Assembly: GCA_964527595.1 (NCBI GenBank)
Contig: CAZGPI010000003.1
Coordinates: 1,710-65,709 of the forward strand
Length of the DNA: 64,000 nucleotides
Direction: 5' to 3'
Source: an uncultured Pseudomonadota bacterium
GTDB lineage: Bacteria > Babelota > Babeliae > Babelales > RVW-14
Positions 38,697 to 49,142 of the stretch are shown piece by piece. Numbering within the stretch: position 1 is the stretch's first letter; each line of letters starts with the position of its first letter. Both the position numbers and the translations under genes were made by a program. Below the pieces are notes generated by a model, which searched no databases, had not been told where the DNA came from, and saw nothing but the letters and a program-made list of their open reading frames with translations.

Positions 38697-39194
38697 ATGA
38701 ATAAGAAGTTAATGGCAATTGCATTTGCAGGAGCTTTTGCAAGTTCTCAGTTAAGCGCTTTTAGTGAAACTGATTTGCGCAGAGCTTTGCTTTTGCATCG
38801 ATTTAATGATGCGAGAATAATCGATGAAACCACGTGCGCTGAATTTACCGCAATGAAATTGTCAGACGCAAAAAAATTGATCCGCGTCGATTTAAAATTG
38901 GCTGATTTGGCAAGAATAAATCTGATGAACGCAAATTTGTCATTAGCAAATTTAGCAGAGGCATCTTTGTATGGCGCCATCTTGAAAAATGCAAATCTGA
39001 CTGATTCAAACATGTTTGGGGCAATATTAGTATGGGCAGATTTGAGCGGTGCAAATTTGACTGGTGCTGATTTAGGCGATGTTGTGTGGCAATGGGCCGA
39101 GTTAAGGGGCACCAATTTTGCCGGCGCAAAAAACATGTCGGATGAATTTAAGGCATATGCAAAAGGCAATGGAGCTATTAACGTTCCTGAGTAA
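38697..39194 (+). CDS. Secreted pentapeptide-repeat protein
   Basis: Signal peptide and A(D/N)LXX repeats. Confidence 0.9.
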   Translation: MNKKLMAIAFAGAFASSQLSAFSETDLRRALLLHRFNDARIIDETTCAEFTAMKLSDAKKLIRVDLKLADLARINLMNANLSLANLAEASLYGAILKNANLTDSNMFGAILVWADLSGANLTGADLGDVVWQWAELRGTNFAGAKNMSDEFKAYAKGNGAINVPE

Positions 39195-39210
39195 TATTAA
39201 TTTTTGATAT

Positions 39211-39264
39211 TAAGTAAAAAGAGACGGCTGACATTTTAAAGTGTCGGCCGTCTCTTTTTACTTA
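39211..39264 (+). terminator. Long intrinsic terminator hairpin
   Basis: taagtaaaaagagacggctgacat-tttaaa-gtgtcggccgtctctttttactta. Confidence 0.75.
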
Positions 39265-39345
39265 ATCTTGCAATCAAAATTGCTTTGTTTATAATCGGCT
39301 TTAGTCAAAAAACATTTTTCAAAACAAACAAAGAAAGGTTTGTAC

Positions 39346-40197
39346 ATGCATAAGAAAATAATAGGGTTTTTATTTTCTGGAATATTAGCGCATATCCAGC
39401 TTGGAGCTTATAATCAAGCACATTTGGATAAGGCTCTTGCACTTGATGCGATTAATCGTAGCGGCCAAATAGCCACTTATGAACAATGTGATTTAAGAGA
39501 CACCGATTTGAGGGCCACTAATTTGAGTGAAAGGAATTTGCAGGGCATTGATTTGGGCGGTGCAGATTTACGATGTACTTATTTGGCTGGAGCTGATTTG
39601 AGAGGGGCGAGATCGTTACACGCCAATTTTGAAGCGGCAAATTTAGAGCATGTAAACTTAAGCAAGACAAGATTGCTTTGGTCTCATTTTGAGGGTGTAA
39701 ACTTGACTGGGGCAAATTTATCTGAGTCATGTTTTGCCGAGTCTCGCTTTGATCGGGCAAATTTGAATTGTGCCGATCTACACGGGACAGATTTGCGCAA
39801 GGCAAATTTTGCTGGTGCAGAGTTAAATAACGTGAATTTAAGGTTGGCTAATTTAGACGGGGCCTATTTGCACGAGGCAAGATTATTCAAAGCCGACTTA
39901 TCTGGGGCAAATTTAATTAATGCTGTTTTAACGAATGCCTATTTGCAGGGTGCGAGTTTTGATAAAGCAATAGTAAAATGGGCAAATTTTAGTTATGCAA
40001 ATTTGAGCAAACACGATAGGCGAGGCGCGGCACTTTATGATTTTCCTATAGATGGGGCAAGTTTCTATCGTGCTGATGTTGAGGGCGCTATTTTTGAAGG
40101 GGCAGATTTGTATGGGACGTTATTTTTAGAGGCTAAAAATATATCAAATGAATTGATGCGATATTTAAGCAATCATCAAGCACGTTTACGTTTATAA
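39346..40197 (+). CDS. Secreted pentapeptide-repeat protein
   Basis: Signal peptide and extensive A(D/N)L/F repeats. Confidence 0.92.
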   Translation: MHKKIIGFLFSGILAHIQLGAYNQAHLDKALALDAINRSGQIATYEQCDLRDTDLRATNLSERNLQGIDLGGADLRCTYLAGADLRGARSLHANFEAANLEHVNLSKTRLLWSHFEGVNLTGANLSESCFAESRFDRANLNCADLHGTDLRKANFAGAELNNVNLRLANLDGAYLHEARLFKADLSGANLINAVLTNAYLQGASFDKAIVKWANFSYANLSKHDRRGAALYDFPIDGASFYRADVEGAIFEGADLYGTLFLEAKNISNELMRYLSNHQARLRL

Positions 40198-40225
40198 ATT
40201 CTACATCCTATCTATTTCGATAAGT

Positions 40226-40279
40226 AAGTAAAAAGAGGCGGCCGGTATTTTTAAAGTACCGGCCGCCTCTTTTTTACTT
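40226..40279. terminator. Bidirectional terminator, homologous to the one at 39211
   Basis: aagtaaaaagaggcggccggtat-ttttaa-agtaccggccgcctcttttttactt. Confidence 0.75.
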
Positions 40280-40301
40280 GTATTTGCTTCTGACTAAAGT
40301 A

Positions 40302-42122
40302 TTAGTCGTCTGCGCGTGATGTACGTTTACGCTTATTAGGATCCAAATATTGCTTACGTAAGCGGATTGACTTTGGTGTTACTTCAATAAGTTCGTCGTT
40401 ATTAATCCAATCAAGACATGATTCAAGGGTCATGATGCGTGGCGGTGCGAGCTTAACTGAATCGTCTGTACCAGATGCGCGCATGTTGGTGAGTTTCTTT
40501 TTCTTGGTTGGGTTAACTTCGAGATCGTTTTCTCGGCTGTGTTCCCCAATGACCATTCCTGAATAAACTTCTTCAGTTGGCGCAACAAATAAAGTTCCTC
40601 GTGGTTGCAATCCGTCCAATGCATATGGAGTTACTGGACCATGTTCCATTGATATCATGGCGCCACGGGTTCTGCCTGCAATCTCTCCTGCATATTCATC
40701 ATAACTGTGAAAGCGATGGCTCATGAGACCGGTGCCACGCGTATCGGTTAAGAACATGCTACGGAAGCCGATAAGGCCTCGTGCAGGGACTTTAAACTCG
40801 AGGCGGATCTTTTTTGAACCATGGTGCGTCATGTTTTGTAATAATGCGCGTCTGCGACCAAGATTTTCCATGATAACACCTTGATAGGCTTCTTCGACGT
40901 CGATGAAGAGCAATTCGTAAGGTTCGTGCTTGTGTCCGTTGACCGTTTTGCAAATAACTTCGGGTGCTGAAAGCTGTAGCTCAAAACCTTCTCGACGCAT
41001 TGTTTCAACCAAGATTCCTAAGTGCAACTGACCACGACCTGAGACCTTAAAAGTGTCAGCAGAATCGGTGTCTTCAACGCGAAGGGCGAGGTTGGTTTTT
41101 GTTTCTTTTTGAAGGCGATCGCGAATTTGGCGAGAAGTGATTAATTTGCCTTCGCGGCCAGCAAATGGTGAGTCATTGACCGAAAAATCGATCGAAAGTG
41201 TTGGTTCGTCAATTTCAACATAAGGGATTGGTGTAGCGTTTCCGACGTCGCAAATTGTTGTACCAATTGTTATGTCCTCATCAACACCAGCGAGGGCAAT
41301 GATGTCGCCGAGTGTTGCCGATTGAACGTCGGTACGTTTAACACCATCAAAGACGTACATTTTAATAATCTTAACTGGGGCACCAACATATGTTCCCTTG
41401 CAGGCGATTACTTGTTTGCCCATGTTAATCGATCCACTAAATACGCGGCCAATAGCAATACGGCCAACGTAATCTGAGTGATCAAGGTTGGTGATCAGGA
41501 TACGAAGGTTATCAGCTTCTTGTTCTGGAACTGGTATGTGTTCAATAATTGTTTGGAACAATGGTTCGAGTGTTCCTTCTAATCTGCTTGAGTCTTTAGA
41601 TGCATAACCACCGCGAGATGAGCCGTACAAAATAGGGAAGTCGAGTTGTTCTTCATGTGTTGCTAAATCAAGGAAAAGTTCATGAATCATATTCTCGGTG
41701 CGTTCAACATCGGCGTCTTTACGATCAATTTTGTTGATAAGCACGATTGGCTTAAGTTCAAGTTGTAGAGCCTTTTGAAGTACAAATCGTGTTCCTGGCA
41801 ATGGTCCTTCGGCTGCGTCAACCAAAAGCATGAAGCCTTCAACCATTTGCAAGGTACGTTCAACTTCGCCACCAAAATCTAAGTGGCCAGGGGTATCGAC
41901 AATGTTAATTTTAATGCCGTTGAAGTTGATGGATGTATTTTTTGCTAAAATGGTGATACCGCGTTCGCGTTCGATATCTCCAGAATCCATGACGCGTTCC
42001 ATTGTTTCAGCTGAAACGGTTCCTGATTGCTTAAGCATTTGATCGACCAGCGTTGTTTTGCCATGGTCAACGTGAGCAATAATAGCAATGTTTCTAACAT
42101 CTAATCTTTGTCTAAAACTCAT
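40302..42122 (-). CDS. typA: Translational GTPase TypA/BipA
   Basis: [34 protein letters not shown] and [11 protein letters not shown] motifs. Confidence 0.97.
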   Translation of the reverse strand: MSFRQRLDVRNIAIIAHVDHGKTTLVDQMLKQSGTVSAETMERVMDSGDIERERGITILAKNTSINFNGIKINIVDTPGHLDFGGEVERTLQMVEGFMLLVDAAEGPLPGTRFVLQKALQLELKPIVLINKIDRKDADVERTENMIHELFLDLATHEEQLDFPILYGSSRGGYASKDSSRLEGTLEPLFQTIIEHIPVPEQEADNLRILITNLDHSDYVGRIAIGRVFSGSINMGKQVIACKGTYVGAPVKIIKMYVFDGVKRTDVQSATLGDIIALAGVDEDITIGTTICDVGNATPIPYVEIDEPTLSIDFSVNDSPFAGREGKLITSRQIRDRLQKETKTNLALRVEDTDSADTFKVSGRGQLHLGILVETMRREGFELQLSAPEVICKTVNGHKHEPYELLFIDVEEAYQGVIMENLGRRRALLQNMTHHGSKKIRLEFKVPARGLIGFRSMFLTDTRGTGLMSHRFHSYDEYAGEIAGRTRGAMISMEHGPVTPYALDGLQPRGTLFVAPTEEVYSGMVIGEHSRENDLEVNPTKKKKLTNMRASGTDDSVKLAPPRIMTLESCLDWINNDELIEVTPKSIRLRKQYLDPNKRKRTSRADD

Positions 42123-42271
42123 TGATCCCCCGTATTTTTATTCGTTAGGTTCTACCTGGTATTCAGGTTAGCATAAATGAAAAATTTTGCAAAATGAAAT
42201 AAAATTATCAAAGAAAAAGAAAGGAAGCCACAGCTCCCTTTCTTGAAGATTCTTTAATTAACCGTAAATTC

Positions 42272-42556
42272 TTAGCGGTGGATTGCGCAGAACGGCAATA
42301 ATGCCATTGAGCGAGCCAGCTTGATATGATTTGCAAGATGGCGTTGATGAAAGGCACAGTTTCCAGAGACCTTTGACGGAAGGATTTTGTAACGTTCTGT
42401 TAAGAAGTTACGCAATAAATTGGTGTTTTTGTAATCGATCAAGAGTTCTTGTTCGAGATTTGCACAAAAACGGCAATGTTTAGGGCTCAGAAACGAGCTC
42501 TTGCGGACTTTTTTCTTTAAAATACGGGAACTAATTTTAAGTTTAAATTTTGTCAT
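42272..42556 (-). CDS. rpsR: 30S ribosomal protein S18
   Basis: CRFC...IDYKN...LTERYKILP...GNCAFHQR...ARSMALLPF. Confidence 0.95.
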   Translation of the reverse strand: MTKFKLKISSRILKKKVRKSSFLSPKHCRFCANLEQELLIDYKNTNLLRNFLTERYKILPSKVSGNCAFHQRHLANHIKLARSMALLPFCAIHR

Positions 42557-42584
42557 GGCTTATCCTTGCTTAATCTTATGCTAC

Positions 42585-43034
42585 TTATTTATCATCTTCG
42601 TCAAGTCCATTACCATCATGGTCGACGCTGGAAAGAAGGCCTTCCATCTTATTGTCCTTCAAAAACGAATCAACGCTTGATGAGCGAGTGCTGTCGATTG
42701 ATTCTGGTTTAAGATAGGCGATAGGGGCGTCTTTTCTGAGTTTGATGGTGACATGGCGCATAACAAAATCATTACACTTAATTTTAAAGAAGGTATCAAG
42801 TTCTTTTAAAAAAGCATTTGTATAATCTTCTGATGCTTCGTAGCGGACCAAGATATAAGAGCCGTAATCATTTTTTTTGACAGGATATGCTAAACGGAGC
42901 TTGCCCCATTTATCAAATGCTGAAACATTTCCATTGTTATCGGAAAGGTGATTATAAAAATGACGTTCAAGTTGTCCTACTTCATCTTCGGTGATTTCTG
43001 GACTAGTAAGGATGAGCGTTTCGTAACGTGACAT
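42585..43034 (-). CDS. rpsF: 30S ribosomal protein S6
   Basis: RYETLIL.P, WGKLRLAYPVKK and VMRH motifs. Confidence 0.93.
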   Translation of the reverse strand: MSRYETLILTSPEITEDEVGQLERHFYNHLSDNNGNVSAFDKWGKLRLAYPVKKNDYGSYILVRYEASEDYTNAFLKELDTFFKIKCNDFVMRHVTIKLRKDAPIAYLKPESIDSTRSSSVDSFLKDNKMEGLLSSVDHDGNGLDEDDK

Positions 43035-43171
43035 CTAAAGGTTCTCCTCGAATATTCGGGTAAACTTATGTTATACACTGAGAAAGGAGATAGCGGACAT
43101 TTTGTCCACTAACGGTACCTTACTTTCAAATAAAGCTCTCTAAGAGTAGCAAAAATACTTATAAAAGCAAT

Positions 43172-43211
43172 AAAAAAGCGGACCCTCTACGCATAGTGGA
43201 TCCGCTTTTTT
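43172..43211 (-). terminator. Intrinsic terminator after the XRE regulator
   Basis: aaaaaagcgga...tccgctttttt. Confidence 0.65.
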
Positions 43212-43230
43212 ATTTAGGAGATTATTATCA

Positions 43231-43917
43231 TTAGCTGAGTTTTTGGTAGCGATAAATGACCTTGCCGATGATACGGATCTGGTCTTTGCCGCGAACCAAG
43301 GCAATAGGCGCCTTCTTATGGTTAATTGATTCAAGGACGATAAACTCTTCCATGAAATTAACCTGAACAATCGCTTTGGTTGGATTTTCGTTACCATATT
43401 CAACGGCAACGATATCACCTGAAGTTGTCCACGCTGAAGGCGAAATAACAAGCAAATCGTTTTTAACAAAATTTGGAGCCAGGGCGTTGTCTTCTACGCA
43501 CAAGCAGAACAATGAATCATCATCAAAACCGGTAACGGGAACAAATTGGTCTTTGTAGCCGGTGGTGTGTTGAACGATCTGATTATTTGCTGGTGATGGC
43601 TGAGAAGGAATTTGCCCGACAACGGGGACGATTTTAAGTTTAATGTTTAACTGCGCAAGTTGATCCTTAATGCCTTCTGGCAATTGGATAACCTGGTTAA
43701 GGTTTGGCAATTGAGTGCTGCTGGCTTCAAGGACATCAGCAGGAGTAAGCTCAAATGCTTCGGCTAATTTTTTAAGTGCATCTTCGTTCCAACGGCGAGT
43801 ACCATTCTTGATGTGAGTTAGATAACTCTCGGACATGCCGGTTTTTTCGGCTAGCACTTTTGTGGTCCAGCGACGCTCTCTCAATAATTCTTTTACGCGT
43901 AATCTTGTAGTAATCAT
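43231..43917 (-). CDS. XRE-family HTH regulator with an S24 peptidase-like C-terminal domain
   Basis: LAEKTGMSESYLTHIKNG HTH. VPVVG...LCVEDNALAP...GDIVAV...IIGKV resembles the LexA/CI C-terminal domain. Confidence 0.88.
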   Translation of the reverse strand: MITTRLRVKELLRERRWTTKVLAEKTGMSESYLTHIKNGTRRWNEDALKKLAEAFELTPADVLEASSTQLPNLNQVIQLPEGIKDQLAQLNIKLKIVPVVGQIPSQPSPANNQIVQHTTGYKDQFVPVTGFDDDSLFCLCVEDNALAPNFVKNDLLVISPSAWTTSGDIVAVEYGNENPTKAIVQVNFMEEFIVLESINHKKAPIALVRGKDQIRIIGKVIYRYQKLS

Positions 43918-44106
43918 AATATATAACCTCCAGATCTAATGCCTAGGCATTGGTTTACCATTTTTCATTTCTCACCGTCCTTATAAGTTGTTTTATATGA
44001 GTCTCGAAAAATTCATATCAACAATCTTTGACAAGTAGGCTACAATTAATTTACAGGATATTGACGGGCTGTCAACTGGGGTGGGGTTGGTGATTTTTAG
44101 GGAATA

Positions 44107-45774
44107 CTACCATATTTTGATGAGAATGCTGCTCAAAACCCAAAGTGATTCGCTGGCAAAGACGCCTGCACAAAAGGGAAGGTACTCTTCTTTACGTTTA
44201 GTCAGCAGGGTGAGCGAGGCTCCGATAATAAGTCCTATTGAGATACTATTTGGCATGATTATGCCACCAAAGACCATTGTTGGGCTCAAGCCGCATTTTT
44301 TTACCAGTAATCCATATAAAAAGCCAAAAAACACCACAAAAGGGTCAAAATGGAGGGTTTGAAGTAATAATGCTTTAGCTTGGCTGCGTTGGGCAAAAAA
44401 GTCTGGGGTGCCCAGATGAAGATTGGTGAATAAGAGATAAAAGATAAAGCCAATGCTGATGGTTACGCCGATCAAGCCAACCCATTGGGCAAGCCACATT
44501 TTTTTTGGTGATACCTGGGCTAATGAGCCTGTTTTTAAGTCAAAAAGCATATCAGATGCGGTTGCTGCGCAAATATTAAAGAAAACACAGACAATGGTTA
44601 GTTGTAAGTATGTTAAATCAAACAGGAGAAACATCGGTATAAGAATATAGGTTGAAAAGCGACCATATTGTATTAATCCAATTTTGCTGCCTATAAAACA
44701 AATCTGGTGGGTGGCAAAGGTGCAAACAGCCAATAGCGTTATTTGTGCAAGGGGCGGGAATTTTAACTCTGTTAAGAGGCATATGGTGCCAAGTAATATT
44801 CCAATGGTGAGAAAAAGGCCACCGCGTCTTGATGGTTCTGATATTATTGAGCGCATTTTGCTGAATTTAGTTGTAAAGCTTCTAATGTTTGGCAAAAGAG
44901 AGCCGGCAGACGATTTTATTCTTTTTATGCCAAGTCGCAAAAGGCTGATTAATCCACCAATGAGCTCGCTCAGGACAATCCCACTGCAAAAGGCAACGGT
45001 CAGTGAGACAATATTCATGGGTTGAAATAGGCTTATAGGTAATATATTCGCATGATTGTTGAGTGGAAAGAGGATTGCATATTTTGAAAGTAGGCCAAGG
45101 AGTATTGGTGCGATAAGGCTCAATCCACCACTAAACCCAATGGCCCAAATGGTTGGCCAAAGTGCAATTGAGAATTCTTGATTAACATATGGTGTAAATA
45201 GGTGAATTGTTTTTGGGATAATACCGCCAATTTTACCAATACCATCGCGTAGCAGGGAAACCGTTGCGGCTAAGGTTATCCCTCTAAAGATACCAACAGC
45301 TTGCGTACGGTTGTTTTGTGAGGAGATGACATTGTAAGTTAATTGGCTGACGGGAAAAGAAAGGTCTTTATTTTTTAAGAAGGATGGCGCATACAATGTT
45401 CCAAGTGCTATGCCAAGGCTGCCGGCCGTTAAGCAAAGTCCGGCGATAAATAGACAAAAAAACCCGGGATTAACCAGAAGGCTCATAAATGTTGGGCGGT
45501 CGAGGAAGTAAAGCATAGGAAAAGCAAAGCCGATCCCCGTTGCAACGGCGCCCCCAACAGAACCTATAGCCTGAATTAGGGTGGTTGTCTGCTGATTTTT
45601 AGGTGAATAAGAGGATCCTGTTAGATTTTGCTTAAGATTGAAAAAAACATTAGAAATCAATGCAATGGTTGGAGCCATCCATGGTCCCATCATCGTGGCA
45701 ATCGATATATAGGCAAGTATGCTTCCTGAGAAGACAGTAAAAAAAAGACCGAGAAAAATAATGACAATACCCAT
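44107..45774 (-). CDS. OPT-superfamily-like membrane transporter
   Basis: Many TM helices. IQAIGSVGG...GFAFP, LSFP and AATASDMLFDLKTG resemble OPT/YSL motifs. Confidence 0.7.
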   Translation of the reverse strand: MGIVIIFLGLFFTVFSGSILAYISIATMMGPWMAPTIALISNVFFNLKQNLTGSSYSPKNQQTTTLIQAIGSVGGAVATGIGFAFPMLYFLDRPTFMSLLVNPGFFCLFIAGLCLTAGSLGIALGTLYAPSFLKNKDLSFPVSQLTYNVISSQNNRTQAVGIFRGITLAATVSLLRDGIGKIGGIIPKTIHLFTPYVNQEFSIALWPTIWAIGFSGGLSLIAPILLGLLSKYAILFPLNNHANILPISLFQPMNIVSLTVAFCSGIVLSELIGGLISLLRLGIKRIKSSAGSLLPNIRSFTTKFSKMRSIISEPSRRGGLFLTIGILLGTICLLTELKFPPLAQITLLAVCTFATHQICFIGSKIGLIQYGRFSTYILIPMFLLFDLTYLQLTIVCVFFNICAATASDMLFDLKTGSLAQVSPKKMWLAQWVGLIGVTISIGFIFYLLFTNLHLGTPDFFAQRSQAKALLLQTLHFDPFVVFFGFLYGLLVKKCGLSPTMVFGGIIMPNSISIGLIIGASLTLLTKRKEEYLPFCAGVFASESLWVLSSILIKIW

Positions 45775-46007
45775 ATAATGCTCGTTAAAGGCTACACAAA
45801 AAAAATAATAGTGGCACAATAATGCGTTACAACACGGTCGACTTGTTACTATTTTCTTGGGTTATCGGCAAAGTGTCAAAGGGTTTCGTGAAAAGTCTTG
45901 TTTTATATCCCTAATTAGCTTACAATTAGAATTAGAATGATTAGACTCATGGAAAAATGGTTTCCAGATGAAACTTTAATGGAAGCCAGTAAGTGTAGGG
46001 TTTGGTT

Positions 46008-46526
46008 ATGATGAAGAGAAAAATATACATAATCCTTTTGACCATAATGGCTGTTCTTGCCCTTTTAAAGGGCGGGGTGGTTCTCTATCGGTTTTATGCC
46101 CAAAATCATAAAGGTCATAAACAGATTTTTGGTAAGGGGAAGCGTTTTGCTCATTTATTTCCGCCGCAAAGCGTAAAACAGGGTGGCAATCGTGACGGTG
46201 GGTATGGGTTTGCAAAAATGATAGCGTTGGTCCAGGCGAGCCAAAAGCTCAAGGATCTTGAACATTTATATTTTGCCAGGGCTCTTAATGAACCTCAGAT
46301 CGAAACTCAGACAATTCGAGATTTAATTAAGTCTTTGTCGCAGGAGCGGATTAAATTCAAGCGGCATATTGATGATCTAAAGTCGCGAGCACTTGAGCCA
46401 ATATCAACGAAAAAGATACGTTCGCTTTTGTTCTATCTCCGTGTTATTGATGAATGCATTCAAGACTCTGAGGTTATTTTAACTAATCGTGTTTTGCCTC
46501 AGGAAAGAAATGATAAAAGCTCATAA
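46008..46526 (+). CDS. Hypothetical membrane-anchored protein
   Basis: N-terminal TM helix and helical body, followed by a terminator. Confidence 0.65.
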   Translation: MMKRKIYIILLTIMAVLALLKGGVVLYRFYAQNHKGHKQIFGKGKRFAHLFPPQSVKQGGNRDGGYGFAKMIALVQASQKLKDLEHLYFARALNEPQIETQTIRDLIKSLSQERIKFKRHIDDLKSRALEPISTKKIRSLLFYLRVIDECIQDSEVILTNRVLPQERNDKSS

Positions 46527-46540
46527 GCAAATATCAAAAT

Positions 46541-46584
46541 AAAACAGAGCGGCCTATTGGTTTATCCAATAGGCCGCTCTGTTT
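46541..46584. terminator. Bidirectional terminator
   Basis: aaacagagcggcctattgg-tttat-ccaataggccgctctgttt. Confidence 0.75.
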
Positions 46585-46606
46585 CGGTTGTGGTTCGGTA
46601 ACTTAT

Positions 46607-48952
46607 TTATATACGTGGCATAAGCACGTGGGTTAATACTTCTTCTACATTATCAACAAATACTAACTTAATTCCTTCATAGAGCTTTTGTGAAATACCA
46701 ACAAGGTCTTTGGCGTTTTGCTTTGGAATGATGATGCTGGTTAAGCCATGTTGTTTTGCGGCCAAGATCTTTTCTTTTAAGCCGCCAATTGGCAATACGC
46801 AGCCTTGAAGATTAAGTTCGCCTGTCATGGCATAATCACCGTTAATTGCACGACCTGTTAATACTGACAATATTGCGGACAATAGCGTAATGCCTGCCGA
46901 AGGGCCATCCTTGGGTACCGCTCCTGCTGGTACATGGATGTGTAAGTCGAACTCGTTAAAGAATTTTTGTTCGATTCCAAAAATATCTGAGTGAGCCTTT
47001 GCATAAGTTATTGCCGCTTGAGCCGATTCTTTCATGACGTCGCCAAGTTGTCCTGTTAAGATTAACTTCCCACTTCCCCTCATAAGTACTGCTTCAACCT
47101 GAAGCACTTCGCCTCCATAAGGTGTCCAGGCAAGGCCATTTGAGACGCCGATTTTGTTGGAGTGAACAAAATCTTCATCAGGAATTTTGCTTGGCCCAAG
47201 GTATTCGTGAATATTTTCATCGACAAACACCAGTTTTTTGTTGTTTTCGACCAATGCTCGAGCATACTTAGCGCAAAGCTTTTGTATGTTGCGATCAAGG
47301 TCTCTCACGCCAGATTCACGTGTATATGACATAATGATTTTACTTAAAACATTGCGATCAAATTCCAATCCATGATTTTCTAGGCCACAGTTTTTGAGTG
47401 CTCTCGTGACAAGGTGTTTTTGAGCAATTTCAATTTTTTCTTCATGAGCATAACCAGAGATTTGAATGATTTCCATACGGTCACGCAATGGACCAGGGAT
47501 TGTTGATAAATCGTTAGCCGTCGTAATAAACATGGTTTTTGAAAGATCAAAATGTACACCAAGATAGTTATCATAGAACGAGTGATTTTGTTCAGGATCA
47601 AGGACTTCAAGCAATGCGGCCGATGGATCGCCGCGGTTGGCCATGCCAATTTTATCTATTTCGTCGATGATGATAAGTGGATTAGAGCTTTCAGATTTTT
47701 TAATGGCTTGTATAAAGCGGCCAGGTAATGCACCAACATAGGTGCGACGATGGCCACGAATTTCGCATTCATCATAAACACCACCAAGAGAAAGTCTGAA
47801 ATATTTACGGCCAAGTGCGTCGGCTATTGATTGTCCAAGAGATGTTTTGCCAACTCCTGGAGGGCCAAAAAGACAAAGTATTGGGGTTTGGCTTGAGCCA
47901 TTTAAAAAGCGAACTGATAAAAAGTCGAGGATACGATCTTTGGCTTCATCAAGTCCAAAGTGATTTTTTTCAAGTATTTCTTTAGCGCGGGCAATGTCCG
48001 TATTATCTTTTGTTTGTATGCCCCATGGAAGGCCCAAGAGCCAATCAAGATGATTGCGCAAAACCGTTGATTCCATAGAGTCTGGTGAAGTTTTTTCAAG
48101 ACGTCTAAGTTGACGCGTTGCTTCCAGCTTAGCTTCTTCGGTTAATGGAAGTGTTTCGATTTTGTTACGTAAGCCGTCGTTGTCATTTTCGCCTTCATCG
48201 CCAAGTTCTTTTTGAATTGCCTTCATTTGTTCACGTAAATAATATTCACGTTGTGACTTATTGATGGAGTCACGGGTATTGTTGCGGATGCGTTCTTGGA
48301 CGCCAAACGAATCAATTTCTTGTGAAAGGAATTCACAAATACCATCGAGGAGACTATTGAGGTCCTCTTTTTCAAGGAGGGCTTGCGCACTTGCTACCGA
48401 TAAGTCTAAATGAGAAAGGATGAAGTCGGTTATGCGTTCAGGGTCTTGTATTTGTGTGAGGATTGCTTGAAAGTCTGGGCTGAAAAGCCTGCCGCTTGCC
48501 GAAATTTTTTCGATTAACGATTGAATGTTTTTGATTTGTGACTCAACTCTTTTTGCGTCGTATTGCTTGTTAGTTGCAATCGAGACTCTTGCTTGGAGCA
48601 GGTCTTGGCCCGAAAGGACTTCGGTGATTTCTGCTTTTTCCAATCCTTGAGCCAGTATTTTAATGCCGCCTTCAGGTAGGTTCATGACCCGCATGATGGT
48701 GCTGACGGTGCCAACTTTGAACAAGTCTTGAATACCAATTGGGCCGTGATAATTTTCGGCTTGTTGGCGAGCGGCAAGAAGTAAAACTTTCTTATCGCCT
48801 TGCATAGCGAGTTCAACGCCCTTGATGATTTTTTCGTCGAGTACCAATAGCGGCACGACCATGTGAGGAAACACAACCACATCGATGGTTGGTATAACCG
48901 GAAGAACCGGTGTCGTGGTTTCGCTAGGTATGTTTTGCTTTTTCTCTTCCAT
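46607..48952 (-). CDS. lon: ATP-dependent Lon protease
   Basis: GPPGVGKTSLG, GHRRTYVGALPG, PKDGPSAG and IGGLKEK motifs. Confidence 0.97.
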   Translation of the reverse strand: MEEKKQNIPSETTTPVLPVIPTIDVVVFPHMVVPLLVLDEKIIKGVELAMQGDKKVLLLAARQQAENYHGPIGIQDLFKVGTVSTIMRVMNLPEGGIKILAQGLEKAEITEVLSGQDLLQARVSIATNKQYDAKRVESQIKNIQSLIEKISASGRLFSPDFQAILTQIQDPERITDFILSHLDLSVASAQALLEKEDLNSLLDGICEFLSQEIDSFGVQERIRNNTRDSINKSQREYYLREQMKAIQKELGDEGENDNDGLRNKIETLPLTEEAKLEATRQLRRLEKTSPDSMESTVLRNHLDWLLGLPWGIQTKDNTDIARAKEILEKNHFGLDEAKDRILDFLSVRFLNGSSQTPILCLFGPPGVGKTSLGQSIADALGRKYFRLSLGGVYDECEIRGHRRTYVGALPGRFIQAIKKSESSNPLIIIDEIDKIGMANRGDPSAALLEVLDPEQNHSFYDNYLGVHFDLSKTMFITTANDLSTIPGPLRDRMEIIQISGYAHEEKIEIAQKHLVTRALKNCGLENHGLEFDRNVLSKIIMSYTRESGVRDLDRNIQKLCAKYARALVENNKKLVFVDENIHEYLGPSKIPDEDFVHSNKIGVSNGLAWTPYGGEVLQVEAVLMRGSGKLILTGQLGDVMKESAQAAITYAKAHSDIFGIEQKFFNEFDLHIHVPAGAVPKDGPSAGITLLSAILSVLTGRAINGDYAMTGELNLQGCVLPIGGLKEKILAAKQHGLTSIIIPKQNAKDLVGISQKLYEGIKLVFVDNVEEVLTHVLMPRI

Positions 48953-49142
48953 TGCGCCCCCCTTCTTTCTGAAGGTTATTTAGAATGTCCCCGTTTCCCA
49001 TATTACCAAGGTCGGTTTTCCTCGAACCTTCCTTAGCTGTCCTAGTCAGATATTAAAGAATTTTCTTTTTCCAAAGCAAGAGTCTTGCTAATATTGAGAT
49101 TGGATATTGAATTAAGGCCCTTTTACTAATGGCGGGGTTTAG

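Noticed and set aside
38747..39169. 140-aa antisense ORF
   Set aside because: Shadow of the pentapeptide-repeat coding periodicity.
43231..43917. Prophage repressor marking a prophage
   Set aside because: No integrase, structural or replication phage genes are nearby.
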